Sequence record: ON922918
DNA: 59,156 nt
Origin: Escherichia phage vB_EcoM_PD328
Direction: 5' to 3' (one strand)
In this document: positions 56,501 through 59,156 of the stretch, piece after piece
Position numbering within the stretch: the first letter of the stretch is position 1
Layout of the letters: each line of letters opens with the position of its first letter
Made by a program: the position numbers and the translations under genes
The notes under the pieces: model-generated
What the model was told of the DNA's origin: nothing
The model's database searches: none
What the model saw: the letters and a program-made list of their open reading frames with translations, nothing else

Positions 56501-57454
56501 ATGCACAGAGAAGACATCAACTATACCTTTCAGATTTATATGGCTGCCGTGTATACGAACAGCTATAAACCGGGAATGAACCGCTATGTTAAACTCAACG
56601 AACAAGAAAAACGTGTTGTCGAAAATATTCCAAACATTCTTGAATCCTGGCACTACGTTGGAAAGCAATCATATGTTGATGCCATGCGTGCCGATGGGGC
56701 CAAGATATTCCTCGACTCCGGAGCGTTCTCAGCTTACACTTTGGGAGTTACGTTATCAGTTAAAGAATACTGCGATTATATCCAACGAAACATAGATATC
56801 ATTCGTGTAGAGGATGGTTCACTTATGGCTTCTGTACTCGATGGTATCGGAGATCCACTTCAAACGTGGCGCAACCAGGAAGAGATGGAAGCCAGGGGTG
56901 TAAGACCTTTACCATGCTTCCACGCGGGTGAACCTTTTGAATACCTGGACCATTATGTGCGAAATTATGAATACATCACTCTTGGTGGTCTTGTTGGAGC
57001 GAGTACACAACAACTCCAGGTATGGTTGGACAGGGTATGGGATAAACACCTTGTGGACGGTAGTGGGCGCGCGAAGATTAAAGTTCACGGATTTGGTATT
57101 ACGTCCCGTCCACTTATGGAGCGTTACCCGTGGTACTCTTGTGACTCATCCTCCTGGATCCAATCTGCAGCGTTCGGTGCTATTGAAACGCCTAAATGGG
57201 GGCCAATGCAGGTATCAGAAAAGTCTCCGTCACGTCACTATCAAGGGCAGCATATTTGTAACCTTTCAGAAATAGAACAGAATAACGTTCTACGCTACTT
57301 AGAGGAGTCAGGTTTCACATACGAGCGACTTTCAACGATATACGAATCACGCGCTGCATATAATTTATGGGCGTATGGTGTGGTCAACGCTATGATTCTT
57401 GCTAACCACAATGGGAAGTTCAACGAACGTCTCCAGGATTTATTTGACGAGTAA
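56501..57454 (+). CDS. dpdA: DpdA-like 7-deazaguanine DNA transglycosylase (TGT superfamily)
   Basis: TGT-fold-like motifs IFLDSGAFSA and VHGFG; immediately downstream of the preQ0 biosynthesis genes. Confidence 0.6.
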   Translation: MHREDINYTFQIYMAAVYTNSYKPGMNRYVKLNEQEKRVVENIPNILESWHYVGKQSYVDAMRADGAKIFLDSGAFSAYTLGVTLSVKEYCDYIQRNIDIIRVEDGSLMASVLDGIGDPLQTWRNQEEMEARGVRPLPCFHAGEPFEYLDHYVRNYEYITLGGLVGASTQQLQVWLDRVWDKHLVDGSGRAKIKVHGFGITSRPLMERYPWYSCDSSSWIQSAAFGAIETPKWGPMQVSEKSPSRHYQGQHICNLSEIEQNNVLRYLEESGFTYERLSTIYESRAAYNLWAYGVVNAMILANHNGKFNERLQDLFDE

Positions 57455-57462
57455 GGTTACTT

Positions 57463-58455
57463 ATGGATTTACTTGATGCTTTAAAGTTTGTTCAGGGTTC
57501 TGTAGCTAAGAAAGAACTCCAGGAAGGTTTAACTCACTTCCGTATTGTTGATGGTACTGTTCGCGGGTTCAACGGAACTATTTCATTGTGTAGCCCAGTA
57601 CCTTTGAACATTGACTGTACACCGAAAGCTGAACCAATGCTCAAGGCTATTGCAGCATGTGACGAAGCTGTACAGATGACAATGTTAGCGAACGGTAAGT
57701 TGAGCATTAAGTCTGGTGGCTTTAAGGTTAGTGTAGATACTCTTCAGAAACCAACTGCACACGTAGAGCCAGAAGGAACGATTCACGAAATAGACGGTCA
57801 GCTTTTTCTTAACGGTTTAAGCCGCGTAACGCCGTTTATAAGCGACGATGCTTCCCGCCCGTGGTCTTGTGGCGTGCTGGTAAAACAGGGCAGCATGTAC
57901 GCGACCAACAACGCTAGTATTATACAATATTGGTTCGGTGCTGTGTTCCCTGTTGATTGTGTTGTACCACGTATGGCCATCAAAGAATTATTGCGCATTA
58001 AAAAGCCACCAGTAAGAATTCAATGTACAGATACCAGTATGACATTTCACTACGAAGACGGTTGCTGGTTGCGTACCCAATTGCTGGAATTAAAGTGGCC
58101 CAACATTGACAAGATAATTGAGCGTACAGAAAAGGGGTCTGACGTCTATACGCTTGATACTGAACTTTTTAACTGCTTAGAGAAAATAAAACCGTTCTGT
58201 GAACGTGATGGGCGTATTTATATGGAAAATGGCGTCGTGCGTACCCATTACAACGAGCTGGACGGTGCTAGTGCAATGTTCCGTGAATCCAAGTCAATTG
58301 GCGTGTATAATATAGATCTTATTATGCAGTTGAAAGGACTTGCAACGGATTGGGACGCTTCTCGTTTCAATGAAAAGGACGAAAGGGGTCTTTCAACTCC
58401 TATTATTTTTTATGGTGAAAATCTACGTGGGGTAATTGTAGGATTTCGTCTATGA
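57463..58455 (+). CDS. DNA polymerase sliding clamp, beta-clamp (DnaN)-like (putative)
   Basis: 330 aa; pattern similarity to bacterial beta clamp over three repeated domains; directly upstream of, and overlapping by 4 nt, the DNA polymerase gene. Confidence 0.45.
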   Translation: MDLLDALKFVQGSVAKKELQEGLTHFRIVDGTVRGFNGTISLCSPVPLNIDCTPKAEPMLKAIAACDEAVQMTMLANGKLSIKSGGFKVSVDTLQKPTAHVEPEGTIHEIDGQLFLNGLSRVTPFISDDASRPWSCGVLVKQGSMYATNNASIIQYWFGAVFPVDCVVPRMAIKELLRIKKPPVRIQCTDTSMTFHYEDGCWLRTQLLELKWPNIDKIIERTEKGSDVYTLDTELFNCLEKIKPFCERDGRIYMENGVVRTHYNELDGASAMFRESKSIGVYNIDLIMQLKGLATDWDASRFNEKDERGLSTPIIFYGENLRGVIVGFRL

Positions 58456-59156
58456 GAAAAGATGCTATTGGTTTCTTTTGGGAGGATTTACCTCCCGCTA
58501 AGAAAGAGAAGAAACAGAAAGTAAAACGTCAACCAGTTGAAAGGGTATGGGAGCGCCCAGACTACCTTCCAGGTCTTGATGCAGCAATGCGTTTTGCAGC
58601 TAACGATCCGCGTATGACAGACGGTGAGTTAGTGGAGATGTATTTTGCACAAGAAACGTTCGTATACGATATCGAATGCTATAAGAACTATTTTCTTGTA
58701 GCGTTTAAAGGGGTTAAGTTCGGTAAGGTTTATTATCTAGAAATGACTGCCGGTCAGACACTTGACACGGAAAAGTATGAATGGATAATGAAGAACTTTC
58801 GTACCGTTGGTTTCAACTCAAGAAACTACGATAATACGATGACATTCCTTGCCATTGCGGGTCTGACTGTTGACAAGCTGAAAGAAGCAAGTGACAGGAT
58901 GATCCAGGAAGAGTGGGCCCCGTGGGACGTTCTCAACAGTTTTGGTGTGGAGCAGTTTTGGATTGACCACATTGACGTTCAAGAAGTAGCGCCTGGCTTC
59001 GGTTCACTGAAGCTGTATGGTGGCCGTATGCACATGCAGAAGCTCCAGGACTTACCGTTCCCAGCGCATTGGGCGCTGTCCATAGAGCAGATTGCTATTG
59101 TGCGCTTCTACTGTATTAACGACCTTGATACAACAATGGCTCTGTTTAACTCACTG
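58452..59156 (+). CDS. DNA polymerase, 5' part (continues at position 3 across the window join)
   Basis: ORF runs to the window end with no stop; contains an exonuclease-I-like FVYDIE motif; last 125 nt identical to the first 125 nt and in frame with the 3..1394 ORF. Confidence 0.7.
   Translation, partial: MRKDAIGFFWEDLPPAKKEKKQKVKRQPVERVWERPDYLPGLDAAMRFAANDPRMTDGELVEMYFAQETFVYDIECYKNYFLVAFKGVKFGKVYYLEMTAGQTLDTEKYEWIMKNFRTVGFNSRNYDNTMTFLAIAGLTVDKLKEASDRMIQEEWAPWDVLNSFGVEQFWIDHIDVQEVAPGFGSLKLYGGRMHMQKLQDLPFPAHWALSIEQIAIVRFYCINDLDTTMALFNSL

Overview
The window reads as a complete, wrapped dsDNA tailed-phage genome of about 59.0 kb: the first 125 nt recur at 59032-59156, and the DNA polymerase gene runs off the 3' end and resumes at position 3. 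Gene content and codon usage look like a siphovirus-type enterobacterial phage; I cannot confirm the taxon without a database search. Coordinates of 1.4-29.4 kb are almost entirely minus-strand and carry morphogenesis and lysis genes: tail fibre and its assembly protein, a J-like tip protein, minor tail proteins, tape measure, frameshifted tail chaperones, major tail protein, connector proteins, major capsid, scaffold, portal, terminase, and an endolysin/spanin cassette, followed by a block of small early genes. A 0.75 kb divergent control region (29.4-30.2 kb) has tandem repeats and a near-consensus sigma70 promoter. Coordinates of 30.2-59.2 kb are plus-strand: small early genes including a duplicated gene pair, a 1 kb repeat-rich non-coding region, and replication, recombination and nucleotide-metabolism genes. 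The most notable system is a 7-deazaguanine DNA-modification module at 51.6-57.5 kb (QueE, a glutamine-amidotransferase-QueC fusion, QueD, FolE and a DpdA-like transglycosylase), which from the literature is the hallmark of phages that replace genomic dG with preQ0-derived bases such as 2'-deoxyarchaeosine. No integrase or repressor was recognised, so a virulent lifestyle is likely. All functional calls rest on motifs read by eye from the ORF-track translations; start codons were adjusted by residue offset, and terminator, promoter and repeat coordinates are approximate to a few nt.
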